Under the pieces are notes generated by a model, which saw only the letters and a program-made list of their open reading frames with translations, did not search any database and was not told the origin of the DNA. From an uncultured delta proteobacterium (lineage in GTDB: Bacteria; Myxococcota_A; Polyangia; Polyangiales; Polyangiaceae): DNA of 64,000 bases. Where the stretch lies: NCBI GenBank assembly GCA_963841435.1, contig CAWJCS010000004.1, forward strand, positions 384,001-448,000, written 5' to 3'. The position numbers and the translations under genes were made by a program. This document shows, one piece after another, positions 9,619-18,596 of this stretch. How positions within the stretch are numbered: position 1 is the stretch's first letter; every line of letters begins with the position of its first letter.

Positions 9619-10799
9619 CGGCCCGACCTGCCGACGTCGAGGCGAAACAGATGCTGGCCGACCCGTAGGTGGTCGCCACCGACGACCTCGGCCTCGCCCC
9701 GCACCGCGAGGTAGGTCCCGTTCGACGAGCCGAGATCGTTGAGCGTGAATGCCCCGAGCGCGGGATCCCGGGTGATCGATGCGTGACGTCGGCTCATGAA
9801 TGGATCATTGGTGAACACTACGTCGCCCGACTCCCGGCCGACCACGGTCTCGTCCCGGCACAGGTAGTAAACGTCGCGGGGCACGCCCTCGACGGTGAGC
9901 TGGCATAGCCTTGCGTGCCTCGTCAGCGCCGGCGAGCCGAACACGCGGGTTCCCCTCTCTGTTGCGGGGCCGAGCCCACGTTCCGCGTCGCTCACCAGCT
10001 CGAACCTTAACACCTCGAGTCCTATGAGGACCAAGTCTCCGTGCCGCAGGAGCTCGGGGCCTCGAAGCCGCACATATACCCCGTTGACCGATTCCAGGTC
10101 CCGCACAAAAAACCGGCCGTTCCGGCGGGATACGCGCAAATGACGGGAAGACACGTAGGGATCCGCGGGCAGGGTGATCGTGCCCTCCGAGCGGCCGATC
10201 TCCGCAAACGACCCTTCCATCGGGTACTCCGCCCCGGGAGTTCCGTCCTGAGCGATGACCACGAGCTTGGCCTGCGGCTCGGTGGCCGAAGGCTTCTCTG
10301 GAGGTTGCTCCGTTTCGGCCGCGATCGCCTGCCCGCCGGATGACCGCAGCCGCGCGCCGCAAAACTGGCAATAGAGCATCCCCGCGCTGTTGGTGCCGTG
10401 GCAACGCGTGCAGACCTGCACCGCCTCCGGCTGCGCGGCCGGAGGCGCGGCCGGGACAGCCGGCGACGCGGCCCGATCGGGCCCCGGGGCCACGGGGTGC
10501 TGATCCGAGGGGTTCAGGACTTGTCCGCACTCGGTGCAGAAGCGGCTGTGCGCTTCGTTGTCCTTGCCGCAGGTCGGGCATCGGATGTTCGTGGTGACGG
10601 GCGGGGGTGGCGAGAAGTCGAAGGGGGGAGCGACGGGGCGTGGCTGCGGGCGCGGCGCTTGAGAGCGGCTGAGGACGCTGGTGCGGGCGGCTGCCGTTCC
10701 GGCGCTCGCACGAGCCGACGGCGCGAGCCTCGCCCCGCAGTCCGCACAAAACCGCAGTTCCTCGCGGTTTAGCAGCCCGCATCGCCCACAAGTCACCAT
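9615..10799 (-). CDS. Triple zinc-ribbon plus double FHA domain protein
   Basis: Three CxxC-x10-FCxxCG/YCxxCG ribbons. Two FHA domains (IGRS...VSSRH...SVNGV; VGRE...MSRRH...SSNGT). ATGA-coupled to the PP2C gene. Confidence 0.88.
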   Translation of the reverse strand: MVTCGRCGLLNREELRFCADCGARLAPSARASAGTAAARTSVLSRSQAPRPQPRPVAPPFDFSPPPPVTTNIRCPTCGKDNEAHSRFCTECGQVLNPSDQHPVAPGPDRAASPAVPAAPPAAQPEAVQVCTRCHGTNSAGMLYCQFCGARLRSSGGQAIAAETEQPPEKPSATEPQAKLVVIAQDGTPGAEYPMEGSFAEIGRSEGTITLPADPYVSSRHLRVSRRNGRFFVRDLESVNGVYVRLRGPELLRHGDLVLIGLEVLRFELVSDAERGLGPATERGTRVFGSPALTRHARLCQLTVEGVPRDVYYLCRDETVVGRESGDVVFTNDPFMSRRHASITRDPALGAFTLNDLGSSNGTYLAVRGEAEVVGGDHLRVGQHLFRLDVGRSGR

Positions 10800-10850
10800 G
10801 TCGGCCCTACGCTACCATCCCCGCGAAAAAAAATTTGCTGGTCAAACCGC

Positions 10851-11522
10851 TCACCAGCGCGGCAAAGGATCCCTCACTTCGAGCGTCAGCTCCAGCCCGA
10901 CCATGTGCGCGAGGCCGAAGCCGAGCAGCCGATCGGCCCGCCGCTCCCCGCTGCTATCGGTGAACGCCCGCGGGATGAGCATCCGGTACGTGAGAGCTCC
11001 CCCCAGCACCGTCTTCTCCGACAGCTCGAACTCCAGTCCGCCGCCCAACATGGCAAGGGGTCCCCCCGTGATCGCCCCCCACTCGCTGCCGTACAAGTGC
11101 AAGCCGGCACCGGCCGAGAGGAAGGCCGTGGCGCGGTCGCCATAGTCCAAGTAGTAGCGCGCCTCCCCGCGCAGCTGCTGCAAGATGGCCAGCCGGAGCT
11201 GGCTCGACGACTCGTGCCGCGAAAATTCGTAGGTGCCCCCCAGAAAGAGGCGGCGCATCGCACGGTAGCCGACCCGAACCCCGACGCCCCCGCCGGACCC
11301 GAGGATGCACGGCGCCATGACGCTGGGGGGGCAAACGTCCCCCGCCGACGCGACGGCCTCCGCGGCGAAGGCCATGCCGAACTGAAGCGCGTCGCGCCGC
11401 CCGTCGTCCATACCGTCGCGTTCGGTACCGAAGGCCGGCCGCCCGGCGAGGCAGAAGCCCGAGACGACCGCGACGGCAAACGCCCATCGTCGGATCCATC
11501 GGACCGGTCTTGACTCTCGCAC
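10851..11522 (-). CDS. Putative small outer-membrane beta-barrel protein
   Basis: Signal peptide and alternating beta-strand pattern (VGVRVGYR, LRGEARYY, GGGLEFEL). Confidence 0.6.
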   Translation of the reverse strand: MRESRPVRWIRRWAFAVAVVSGFCLAGRPAFGTERDGMDDGRRDALQFGMAFAAEAVASAGDVCPPSVMAPCILGSGGGVGVRVGYRAMRRLFLGGTYEFSRHESSSQLRLAILQQLRGEARYYLDYGDRATAFLSAGAGLHLYGSEWGAITGGPLAMLGGGLEFELSEKTVLGGALTYRMLIPRAFTDSSGERRADRLLGFGLAHMVGLELTLEVRDPLPRW

Positions 11523-11565
11523 GAGCCTTGGTTTAGTGCCCCTCGAGTTCAGGGAAGCATCCTAC

Positions 11566-11985
11566 ATGGAAATCTACCTCGACAGACGCGCCGTACGCCA
11601 GATCCGGCTCTCGGCCCAAGAAGCCATCGAGGAGGACGACACCGAATCGCTCCGCGAGGACGTCCTCGAAGCTTTTACCGAGGAGCAGGTGGAGGAGATC
11701 GAGCGCCGGCTCGACAATGGCGACTTCTACGAGTTCTTGACGGACGTGATCGACGAGTGGGGCGGTGACGACGTCGACGAGCTACTCGAATTGCTCGAAA
11801 CCCAGCTCAGCGAGGTCGGTATCGATCTCAAGACGGACGTGAAGGCCGAGGAGGGTGAGGAGGCCGAAGAGACCGAGGGCGGCGAGTCCGGCGATCTCGA
11901 GGAGCTCGACGAGGACTACGGGGACGACGAGGACGAGGACGAAGACGACGACGAAGAGGAAGAGGAAGACAGCAAAGCGGAGTGA
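11566..11985 (+). CDS. Highly acidic hypothetical protein
   Basis: ATG at 11566 with a GGGA-containing RBS-like element. 139 aa, about 45% Asp/Glu, with a poly-D/E tail. Confidence 0.75.
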   Translation: MEIYLDRRAVRQIRLSAQEAIEEDDTESLREDVLEAFTEEQVEEIERRLDNGDFYEFLTDVIDEWGGDDVDELLELLETQLSEVGIDLKTDVKAEEGEEAEETEGGESGDLEELDEDYGDDEDEDEDDDEEEEEDSKAE

Positions 11986-13055
11986 TCGGTCGCAGCGCTC
12001 GGGTCGCTGAGCGCGCCCGTCGGGCAGCGCCGCACCGGGCCCGTGAAGCTCGGACACAGGTGGCGCGCGCAGCCCACGAACCGGGAGTCCGGAAGCTCCC
12101 GGACGAGCAGTGACATCGCGTCGCACGCAGCGCCGAGATCCTCGGTGCCCGCGGCGAGCCGGGCCTCCTGGAAGAGCGCGTCGTCCCGCAGAAGGCTGGT
12201 TGGAAAGTCGTCGAACACGCGCCGGAACTCGCGGCGCGCGCCGAGCGGATCGTGCAAGCGGTCGCGACGGATCTCGGCGATGTGGAAACGCGCTTCCGCG
12301 TAGCGCGGGCGATCGTAGCTGCCCACGAGTTGCGCCGCCTCGCGTTCGGCGAGCAGCCGCTCGAGGACGTCGATCGCGGCCTTCGGGCGCCCGAGCGCCT
12401 CTTCCATGCGGGCGGCGCCCGTCAGCGCGTCGTCCCAGAGCGCGCCGCCGGGGTAGGGGTGCCGCCGCGCCGTATCGAGGTACGCGCTCCGCGCCTCGGC
12501 GAAGCGCTCGGCGCGCTCGAGATGGCGCGCCCGTTCGTAACGAACGGTTTCGTCGAGCTCGGTGGGGGCAAGGGCGGGGGCCAGCCGTTCGAGCTCGGCG
12601 AGTGCCTCCGGGGCCCCGTTTTTAGCCTCGATGCGCGCGAGGTGGTCCGACAGCGCGCGTGGCGCGAGCCCGGAGTCGGGAAACCGTTCGAGGGCGGCGA
12701 GCCGTAGGGTGGCGCCGCGCGCGGGGTCCTGCCTCGCCACGAGGCTCGCGCGGTCGAAGCTCGCGCGGGCGGCGCGCTCGCCCGTCCCCGCGGCGAGCTG
12801 AGCGAACAGGGGCTCGGCCCGGTCGATCCTGTCGGCGCGCGCGAACGCTGTCGCCGCGCGGTAGGTGGCTTCGTCGCGATCGTGGGTTGACCGAGCGGCG
12901 CCAGCCGCGTCGAGCCAGCTCGTGCCGGCGAGAGCGTACCGGCCGTGCACGTAGTCGGCGTCAGCGCGATCCCACGCCGTGCGAAAGCGTGGATCCTCGC
13001 GGGTGCCGCACGCCGTCGCGAGCAACACCAAAAAGAGGCGCGAGCGCGCGGTCAC
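11916..13055 (-). CDS. TPR-repeat lipoprotein
   Basis: GTG start overlaps the methyltransferase stop. Lipobox LLATAC. BamD/YfiO-like TPR motifs (FPDSGLAP, HPYPGGALWDDA, FPTSLLRDDALF). Confidence 0.75.
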   Translation of the reverse strand: MTARSRLFLVLLATACGTREDPRFRTAWDRADADYVHGRYALAGTSWLDAAGAARSTHDRDEATYRAATAFARADRIDRAEPLFAQLAAGTGERAARASFDRASLVARQDPARGATLRLAALERFPDSGLAPRALSDHLARIEAKNGAPEALAELERLAPALAPTELDETVRYERARHLERAERFAEARSAYLDTARRHPYPGGALWDDALTGAARMEEALGRPKAAIDVLERLLAEREAAQLVGSYDRPRYAEARFHIAEIRRDRLHDPLGARREFRRVFDDFPTSLLRDDALFQEARLAAGTEDLGAACDAMSLLVRELPDSRFVGCARHLCPSFTGPVRRCPTGALSDPSAATDHSALLSSSSSSSSSSSSSSSSP

Positions 13056-13588
13056 GGCGACGCCCGGCCCGCCGCGAGGCCGGCGACGAAGATCTCGTAG
13101 GCCACGAGCTGAACCGCTTGCGCGAGGTTGATCGACGGCTGAGGCCCCGCCATCGGGATGCGAAGGCGCACCGTTGCGCGCTCCACCTCTTCCGCGCCCA
13201 GCCCAGTCTTCTCGTTGCCGAAGAGCACACAGGTGGTACCGCCGCGCCCGGCCTCTTCGACGACGAGCGCCGCCGCGTCGCGTGCGTCGAGGGGCGACGA
13301 GAGGCCGCGCCGCGAGCTCGTTGCGACGACCAGCGTCGCTCCCACCGTCGCCTGTTCGATGCTCTCGTGGCGCCGGCAGGCGTGGAGCACGTCCCACGCT
13401 CGCACGGACATCTTGAACGCCATCGGGTGGTCCGGCACGGCGAGGCGGCTCGGCCGGACGAGCTCGAGCGACGAGAACCCCATGGTCTTGATGGCACGCG
13501 CGCACGCTCCCAGGTTTTCCGGGTAGTGCGGGTGCACGAGCACGAAGCGCGTGCGGTCGTGGACCTCGAGGTGCACGCGCCCGGACAC
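13052..13588 (-). CDS. SPOUT RNA methyltransferase, TrmJ/TrmH family
   Basis: Motifs LVHPHYPENLGACARAIKTMG, FGNEKTGL and SINLAQAV. Confidence 0.88.
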   Translation of the reverse strand: MSGRVHLEVHDRTRFVLVHPHYPENLGACARAIKTMGFSSLELVRPSRLAVPDHPMAFKMSVRAWDVLHACRRHESIEQATVGATLVVATSSRRGLSSPLDARDAAALVVEEAGRGGTTCVLFGNEKTGLGAEEVERATVRLRIPMAGPQPSINLAQAVQLVAYEIFVAGLAAGRASP

Positions 13589-14518
13589 TCAGCTGCCCCT
13601 CGTCGCCGCCGAGAGCGCGCAGCGGAAACCGATGAACGGGTAGCGGGAGTCGGCGAGGTAGGGCGAGCGGGCCGCGCCGCGCAGCCACGCTCCGCCGTTC
13701 AGGTAGTGACCGCCGCGGACGGTGCGCAACCCGGAGAGCGCTGGGTCCGGCGGCGTCCCGCGGCGCTCGCTGTAGGCGTCCAACGTCCATTCGGCGGCGT
13801 TGCCAGCCAGATCGAAGAAGCCGTCCGGTGTCGTTCCCGCGGGGTACGACCCGACCGGTGCGAGTCCAGCGTGCCCGTCGACGTCGTCGGAAGGGTCGAG
13901 CCCCAGGCGTCCGTGGTTCGCGAGCTCGTCGTTGTAGAGGTCGCCCCACGGGAAACGGCGACCGCTCATGCCGCGCATCGCGCGCTCGACCTCGAGCTCG
14001 CTCGGTAAGCGCGCCCCCCGCGCGCGGCAGTAGGCTTCGGCGTCGGCGGCGCGCACGAGCGTCATCGGCAGCCTCGCGTCGTCGAGGCTCGCCGGCAGCT
14101 CACCAGGCACGGGCTCGCACTCGCCTCGCACCACGCAGCGTTGATATTCGCCGCGTGTCACCTCGTAGCGGTCCAGGTAGAACGACGGGAGCGCGGCCTC
14201 GCTCGCCGGCAGCTCGTTCGAGAACGTACGCTCGTTGCAGCGGTAAGCGAGGGGGTCGCGAGCGCAGCTCTCTATCGCCTCGAGCACGTCCTCGCTCGTC
14301 GAGCCGACCACGAAGCGCGAGCGAACGAGCCTTATCATCGCGCTGCCGGGCGCGCGGAGCACCGCGAGGCCACCCGTCAACGCCCGTTCCACGGCCGTCG
14401 GCAAGACGGGCGACCGCGCGCGGGCGCTGTTGCCCGAGGCGGGATCCGGCAGCAGGGCCACGACGAGCGTCGCGCCGGCCAGCGCGACGAACCGCCCGCT
14501 ACGGAGCGGCGTCCGCAT
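13589..14518 (-). CDS. Formylglycine-generating-enzyme-like (SUMF1/EgtB/PvdO) domain protein, exported
   Basis: Motifs FYLDRYEVT, RLPSELEVE, FFDLAGNAAEW, RGG and GFRCA. Signal peptide follows ATG 14518. Confidence 0.85.
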   Translation of the reverse strand: MRTPLRSGRFVALAGATLVVALLPDPASGNSARARSPVLPTAVERALTGGLAVLRAPGSAMIRLVRSRFVVGSTSEDVLEAIESCARDPLAYRCNERTFSNELPASEAALPSFYLDRYEVTRGEYQRCVVRGECEPVPGELPASLDDARLPMTLVRAADAEAYCRARGARLPSELEVERAMRGMSGRRFPWGDLYNDELANHGRLGLDPSDDVDGHAGLAPVGSYPAGTTPDGFFDLAGNAAEWTLDAYSERRGTPPDPALSGLRTVRGGHYLNGGAWLRGAARSPYLADSRYPFIGFRCALSAATRGS

Positions 14519-15740
14519 TGCTCGCTCGGCCGGCGTCGGCGGCCTTCGTTGCGCTCTGAGCCTCGGGGCTCGGGGCGCGCGTCGTGGCCGTGCTCGCGAC
14601 GCTCGGCGCCGCGCTGGGCGACACGCTCGGCGCGCGTCGCGTGGCAGCGTGCGGTGCGGCATGGGGGCGCTCCTCGGGCGCCGGCGATAGCCAGGCGACG
14701 GCGGGCGCGTGCACGTCGGGCGCGACGGGCTTCGCCGCGGCGGACTCCGTTTCCCCGAGGCCGGTCGTCAGGCGCATCACCGTGATGCCGAAAAGCGCAC
14801 CGAGCGCGACGCCCCCCAGGAGATTCCGCGTTCCGGCCGGGGTCTCGCCCCCGAGGCGCCGGCGGTGCAGCGCATCGGGGATCGTCGGCTGTGCGCCCCT
14901 CGCCCCTCGCCCGAGCGCCTCGCTGAGCGCGTCGCCGAACTCTCCTGCGCTCGCGAAGCGCCGCCGCGGATCCTTGGCCATCGCGCGGGCAAGCACCTCG
15001 TCGACGTGGCGGTCGAGACCGCAGGCGTCGGCGATGCGTGGAGGGTCCGCGGTCGTGATGCGCGTCGCGACGGCGACTGCGTCCTCCCCGGGAAAGGCGC
15101 GGCGCTGGCACAGCGCCTCGTAGAGCGTGGCCGCGAGCGAAAATTGGTCGCTGCGCGCAGAGAACACGCCGTCGATGATGCACTCGGGGGCGCTGTAGGC
15201 CGGCGTCCCGAGCAGTCCGCCGTTCTTCGTGAGCGTCGAGTTCGGCACGCGAGCAATGCCGAAATCGGCAATCTTGCTGCCATGGGGCGTGAGGATGATG
15301 TTTTCTGGCTTCACGTCGCGATGCAGAACGCCCATCTCGTGGGCCGTGGCCAACGCGCCGCCAATCTCGCGCGCGATGGTCGCCGTGAGGCCTGGTGGCA
15401 AGGGCCCGTGGGTCAGCCGCTCTTTGAGCGTCGTGCCTTCGGCGTATTCGAAGACCAGGTACAGGCCGAACTCGGGGTCCTCGCCCATGTCGAACAAACC
15501 GACGATGTTCGGATGGGTGACGCGCGCGCACGCCTTCGCCTCGTGTCGCATCCGATCCACGAGTGCGTCGCGCTGGTCGGGGAGAAGCCCGAGGTCGTCC
15601 CTGAGGAGCTTCACGGCGACGCCGCGATCGAGCACCGGGTCGTGGGCGAGGAGCACACGACCCATGGCGCCCCGCCCGAGCAGTCGCTCGACGTGATAGC
15701 GCCCGATGCGCGAGGGGAGCGAGGCACCCGATGCGTCCAT
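14499..15740 (-). CDS. Hanks-type Ser/Thr protein kinase with C-terminal TM
   Basis: Motifs LGRGAMG, VAVK, HRDVKPEN, DFG and GTPAYSAPE. Confidence 0.93.
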   Translation of the reverse strand: MDASGASLPSRIGRYHVERLLGRGAMGRVLLAHDPVLDRGVAVKLLRDDLGLLPDQRDALVDRMRHEAKACARVTHPNIVGLFDMGEDPEFGLYLVFEYAEGTTLKERLTHGPLPPGLTATIAREIGGALATAHEMGVLHRDVKPENIILTPHGSKIADFGIARVPNSTLTKNGGLLGTPAYSAPECIIDGVFSARSDQFSLAATLYEALCQRRAFPGEDAVAVATRITTADPPRIADACGLDRHVDEVLARAMAKDPRRRFASAGEFGDALSEALGRGARGAQPTIPDALHRRRLGGETPAGTRNLLGGVALGALFGITVMRLTTGLGETESAAAKPVAPDVHAPAVAWLSPAPEERPHAAPHAATRRAPSVSPSAAPSVASTATTRAPSPEAQSATKAADAGRASNADAAP

Positions 15741-15786
15741 CAGCGCACGGTCTTATCCCCGGATCGCGTCGATCGCCAGGTGTCCG

Positions 15787-16213
15787 TCAGTCGGTGCCGC
15801 CGTCGCTCGGGCTCGGCTTCGCGGGGGGCTTGTGGGGCGGCGGCGCGCCGTACTCTTCCTGCAGCTTTTTCACGAGGCCGTCGCGGAGGACGATCTCGTG
15901 ATATTCGGGCAGCTTGGGCAAGCGCACGAAAATCCGAACCGTGTCGCTCGATTCGACCACCTCGAGGGTTCCCGTCGAGGCGCTCTTGGGCTGACCGGGC
16001 GGGATGTAGCGAAAGACGAGGTAGGCGGAGTCCGGGTCCTTCTCGAGCACCTCGAAGCCGAGAATCGACCCGCAGGTACCGCAGGGCCGTGCTGTACGTC
16101 TGGGCCTTCGTGTAGCTGCTATCGGCCTCCACGCGGGCATTCGCCGGCAGCCCGAACAGCAGCGGGGCCAAAAATAGCGCTGTGACGGTAGCGAGAACCC
16201 GAGGACGACCCAC
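15787..16213 (-). CDS. Hypothetical exported protein, interrupted by a +1 frameshift near 16063
   Basis: Signal-peptide N-terminus (ORF 15740..16213) joins ORF 15787..16140 (LRVD-LGFEVLEKD) if one base is removed at 16063-16064, giving 141 aa. Confidence 0.65.
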
Positions 16214-16222
16214 CGTCCCGGG

Positions 16223-17308
16223 CTAACCGAGGTCGGCGGATCGAGGCAAGTTCCGGGCGGCCCGGCGCACGAAAAGCCCCGCGAGCGCCGCCACGAGCCC
16301 GGCGAGCGTCGACAAGCCCACGGGCAGGACGTAGCCGAGGAAGGCGTACGCCGAGCCGGCGCGCATCACGCTCGCGGGAGGCAGGTACATGGCGAGCCCC
16401 GCATAAATCGCGAGCTGGAAGGCACCGAAGAATCCGGGTGTCGCCGGTACGAGGATGCCGAGCGCCACGACCCCCATGGTGGTGGTGGCGCCGAAGAAGC
16501 CGATCTCGCCGACGCCACAAGCGACGGCCAGGATCCAGAAGGTCGCGGCGTTGAGCAGCCAGTAGGTGAGCGTTCCGAGCACGAACGGGACGCTGTAGCG
16601 CGCGTGGGTGAGAAATCCGAGGCCCTGAGCGACGTCCTCGACGCGCGCCGCAAGCCAGCGGGCTAGCTTTAGCGACACGACGCCGATCAGCCGTTCGGTC
16701 CAGCGACGGGCCCAGGCACGGCGCCAGTAGAAGACGCCCATCACGAGGCTGCCGAAAGCGAAGACGGCGGCCGCCGTGAAGGCGGCTTGGGGAACGAGGC
16801 TCGCCGGGATGGGCAGGTCGCCGATCCGATCGGGCAACGGATCGAGCGGCCTGGCGATGCTGAGCGATGCGAGGAGCAGCAGACTGATCGTCAGGCCGTC
16901 GATGACGCGCTCCGCACCGACCGTCCCCGTAGCGGCCCACGGCGAGACGCCCGCCTCGCGACGGATCATCAAAGGTCGCACGGCCTCACCCATCCTGAAG
17001 GGCAAAAGCAGAACGGCGAGGAACCCGACGCAAGCGACGCGCACGACCGTCCAGAACGGCACGGGCTTTACGGGCGCGAGCAAGAACCACCACCGCGCGG
17101 TCCTCACCAGGTACATCGCCGACCACACGGCGATGTAAAGGAGAATGCTGCTCGGCGACACCCTTCTCAGCGCGTCGCCTTCGGGGACGAGCGGGAGCGC
17201 TCCACGCTGCAACAACCAGACGAAACCAGCTGCCGGCAAGAGTGACAGCGCGAGCTTCTTGCCGAGACCGCGGCCTTCGGGAATGAGGGGACCCGCCGCA
17301 TCGGTCAT
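16223..17308 (-). CDS. Lysylphosphatidylglycerol-synthase-TM (flippase-like, YbhN/AglD2-type) membrane protein
   Basis: Motifs RTARWWFLL, LPFRMGEAVR, AERVIDG and PATPGFFGAFQ. ATGA overlap with the upstream gene. Confidence 0.85.
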   Translation of the reverse strand: MTDAAGPLIPEGRGLGKKLALSLLPAAGFVWLLQRGALPLVPEGDALRRVSPSSILLYIAVWSAMYLVRTARWWFLLAPVKPVPFWTVVRVACVGFLAVLLLPFRMGEAVRPLMIRREAGVSPWAATGTVGAERVIDGLTISLLLLASLSIARPLDPLPDRIGDLPIPASLVPQAAFTAAAVFAFGSLVMGVFYWRRAWARRWTERLIGVVSLKLARWLAARVEDVAQGLGFLTHARYSVPFVLGTLTYWLLNAATFWILAVACGVGEIGFFGATTTMGVVALGILVPATPGFFGAFQLAIYAGLAMYLPPASVMRAGSAYAFLGYVLPVGLSTLAGLVAALAGLFVRRAARNLPRSADLG

Positions 17309-18030
17309 GAAGGACGCCGCCCAGCGAGGATCGCGTTCGGGCCCTCGTCGAACAGCGCTTCGACCGCCTCCTCGCCGTACTCGTCGGAAAGAAAGCGGAT
17401 GCCCGCGCGCACGGTCTCGACGTCTGCGGCGCGATGCGCGTCGCTGCAAGCCGCGTGATAGAGCCCTCGGTCGAGCAGCGAGAGAGCGCAGCGCTGCGGC
17501 TCCCTGCCGTACTTGCCGACGAGCGCGCCGATGTCGAGCAGCGCCGCGGCCCCGGAGGCCACCAGGCGCTCGAGCAGCTCTTGCGAGCGCCAGAGGTAGC
17601 GATAGCGCTCCGGGTGCGCAATCACGGGCAAGACGCCACGGCACCCGAGCTCGAACAGTCGCTCGGCCGCCCCGTGCGGGAACGTGGACCCGTAGAACTC
17701 GAGCAGCATGGCCTTGCCGCCGGGATACGGCAGCGCTTCGCCCGCTTGGATGCGCGCGTAGACCACGTCGTCGAAGTAGTGCTCGCTGCTCAGCTCCACG
17801 TGGGGGAGCGTCGGGTCCCCGTCGAGGTAGGGCCGCATGCGCGTGAAGGCCGACTCGAGGTCGCCACGCGTGTTGTCGAACATGCCAGGACGCATGTGAG
17901 GCGTTGCGACTACGGTAGCAAAGCCCGCCGCCCCGAGGGCGCGCAGCATCGCGATGCCCTCCTCCGGGGTCGTCGCGCCGTCATCGATCCCCGCCACCCA
18001 GTGGCAGTGCAGGTCGACGAAGCGCGGCAT
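17305..18030 (-). CDS. CpsB/CapC-type PHP-family tyrosine phosphatase
   Basis: Motifs DLHCH..GIDDG, VATPH, IAHPERY and SDAH. Confidence 0.9.
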   Translation of the reverse strand: MPRFVDLHCHWVAGIDDGATTPEEGIAMLRALGAAGFATVVATPHMRPGMFDNTRGDLESAFTRMRPYLDGDPTLPHVELSSEHYFDDVVYARIQAGEALPYPGGKAMLLEFYGSTFPHGAAERLFELGCRGVLPVIAHPERYRYLWRSQELLERLVASGAAALLDIGALVGKYGREPQRCALSLLDRGLYHAACSDAHRAADVETVRAGIRFLSDEYGEEAVEALFDEGPNAILAGRRPS

Positions 18031-18139
18031 CTCGACAAGCTTGTCCCGACTTGGGCAGTCTTGAAAGGCAAGATCTCGAAGCCTGGCAGACGGCTGCGCC
18101 GGTTCGACCGGGCGCTGTCGGGGGCCCGCGGAAGCGCTC

Positions 18140-18526
18140 TCAGCCGCCTTGGAGAATGCGCCTCAGCCCGGCGCTGACGGCGTCGAGCTCGGCGTCTGCC
18201 GGGGCGCGGCCCGCCGTCGTGACCACGACCTCGATGCCATCGAGCGACAAACGCCTCCGGCCGGTCCGCCGCTCGAGCGCGTCCAGGCAGCTTGGAACGA
18301 CGTCATTCTGGGGGCCACGGTCGACGATCGGCGCCCACGCAGCGAGCTCGTCGCAGAGCCGCGCCGGACCGGCACCGGCGAGCAGCAGGCCCGAGGCGTC
18401 GGCAACGGTGACGGCGTCGAGACCGCCCCGGCGCCTCGAGGCTTCGAGCAGTCGGGTGAGCGCCTGGAGTGTTTCGCTCGTGCGGTCCTTCCGTCGCTCG
18501 ACGACGGAGGAGGCCTGTGCGTCCAT
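18140..18526 (-). CDS. Hypothetical protein, possibly Roadblock/LC7-like
   Basis: LDAVTVADASGLLLAG resembles the roadblock beta-hairpin. 128 aa. Confidence 0.45.
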   Translation of the reverse strand: MDAQASSVVERRKDRTSETLQALTRLLEASRRRGGLDAVTVADASGLLLAGAGPARLCDELAAWAPIVDRGPQNDVVPSCLDALERRTGRRRLSLDGIEVVVTTAGRAPADAELDAVSAGLRRILQGG

Positions 18527-18596
18527 CCCGCGAAGGTCTCAGAGGTCCGCGCTCCGGGCCAACTTCGGACAAGCTCACGGTATACTCGTCACACCG

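Noticed and set aside
10826-10833. A8/T8 homopolymer upstream of the FHA gene as a phase-variation switch
   Set aside because: The tract is short and intergenic, with no evidence that it sits in a promoter spacer with a valid -35 distance.
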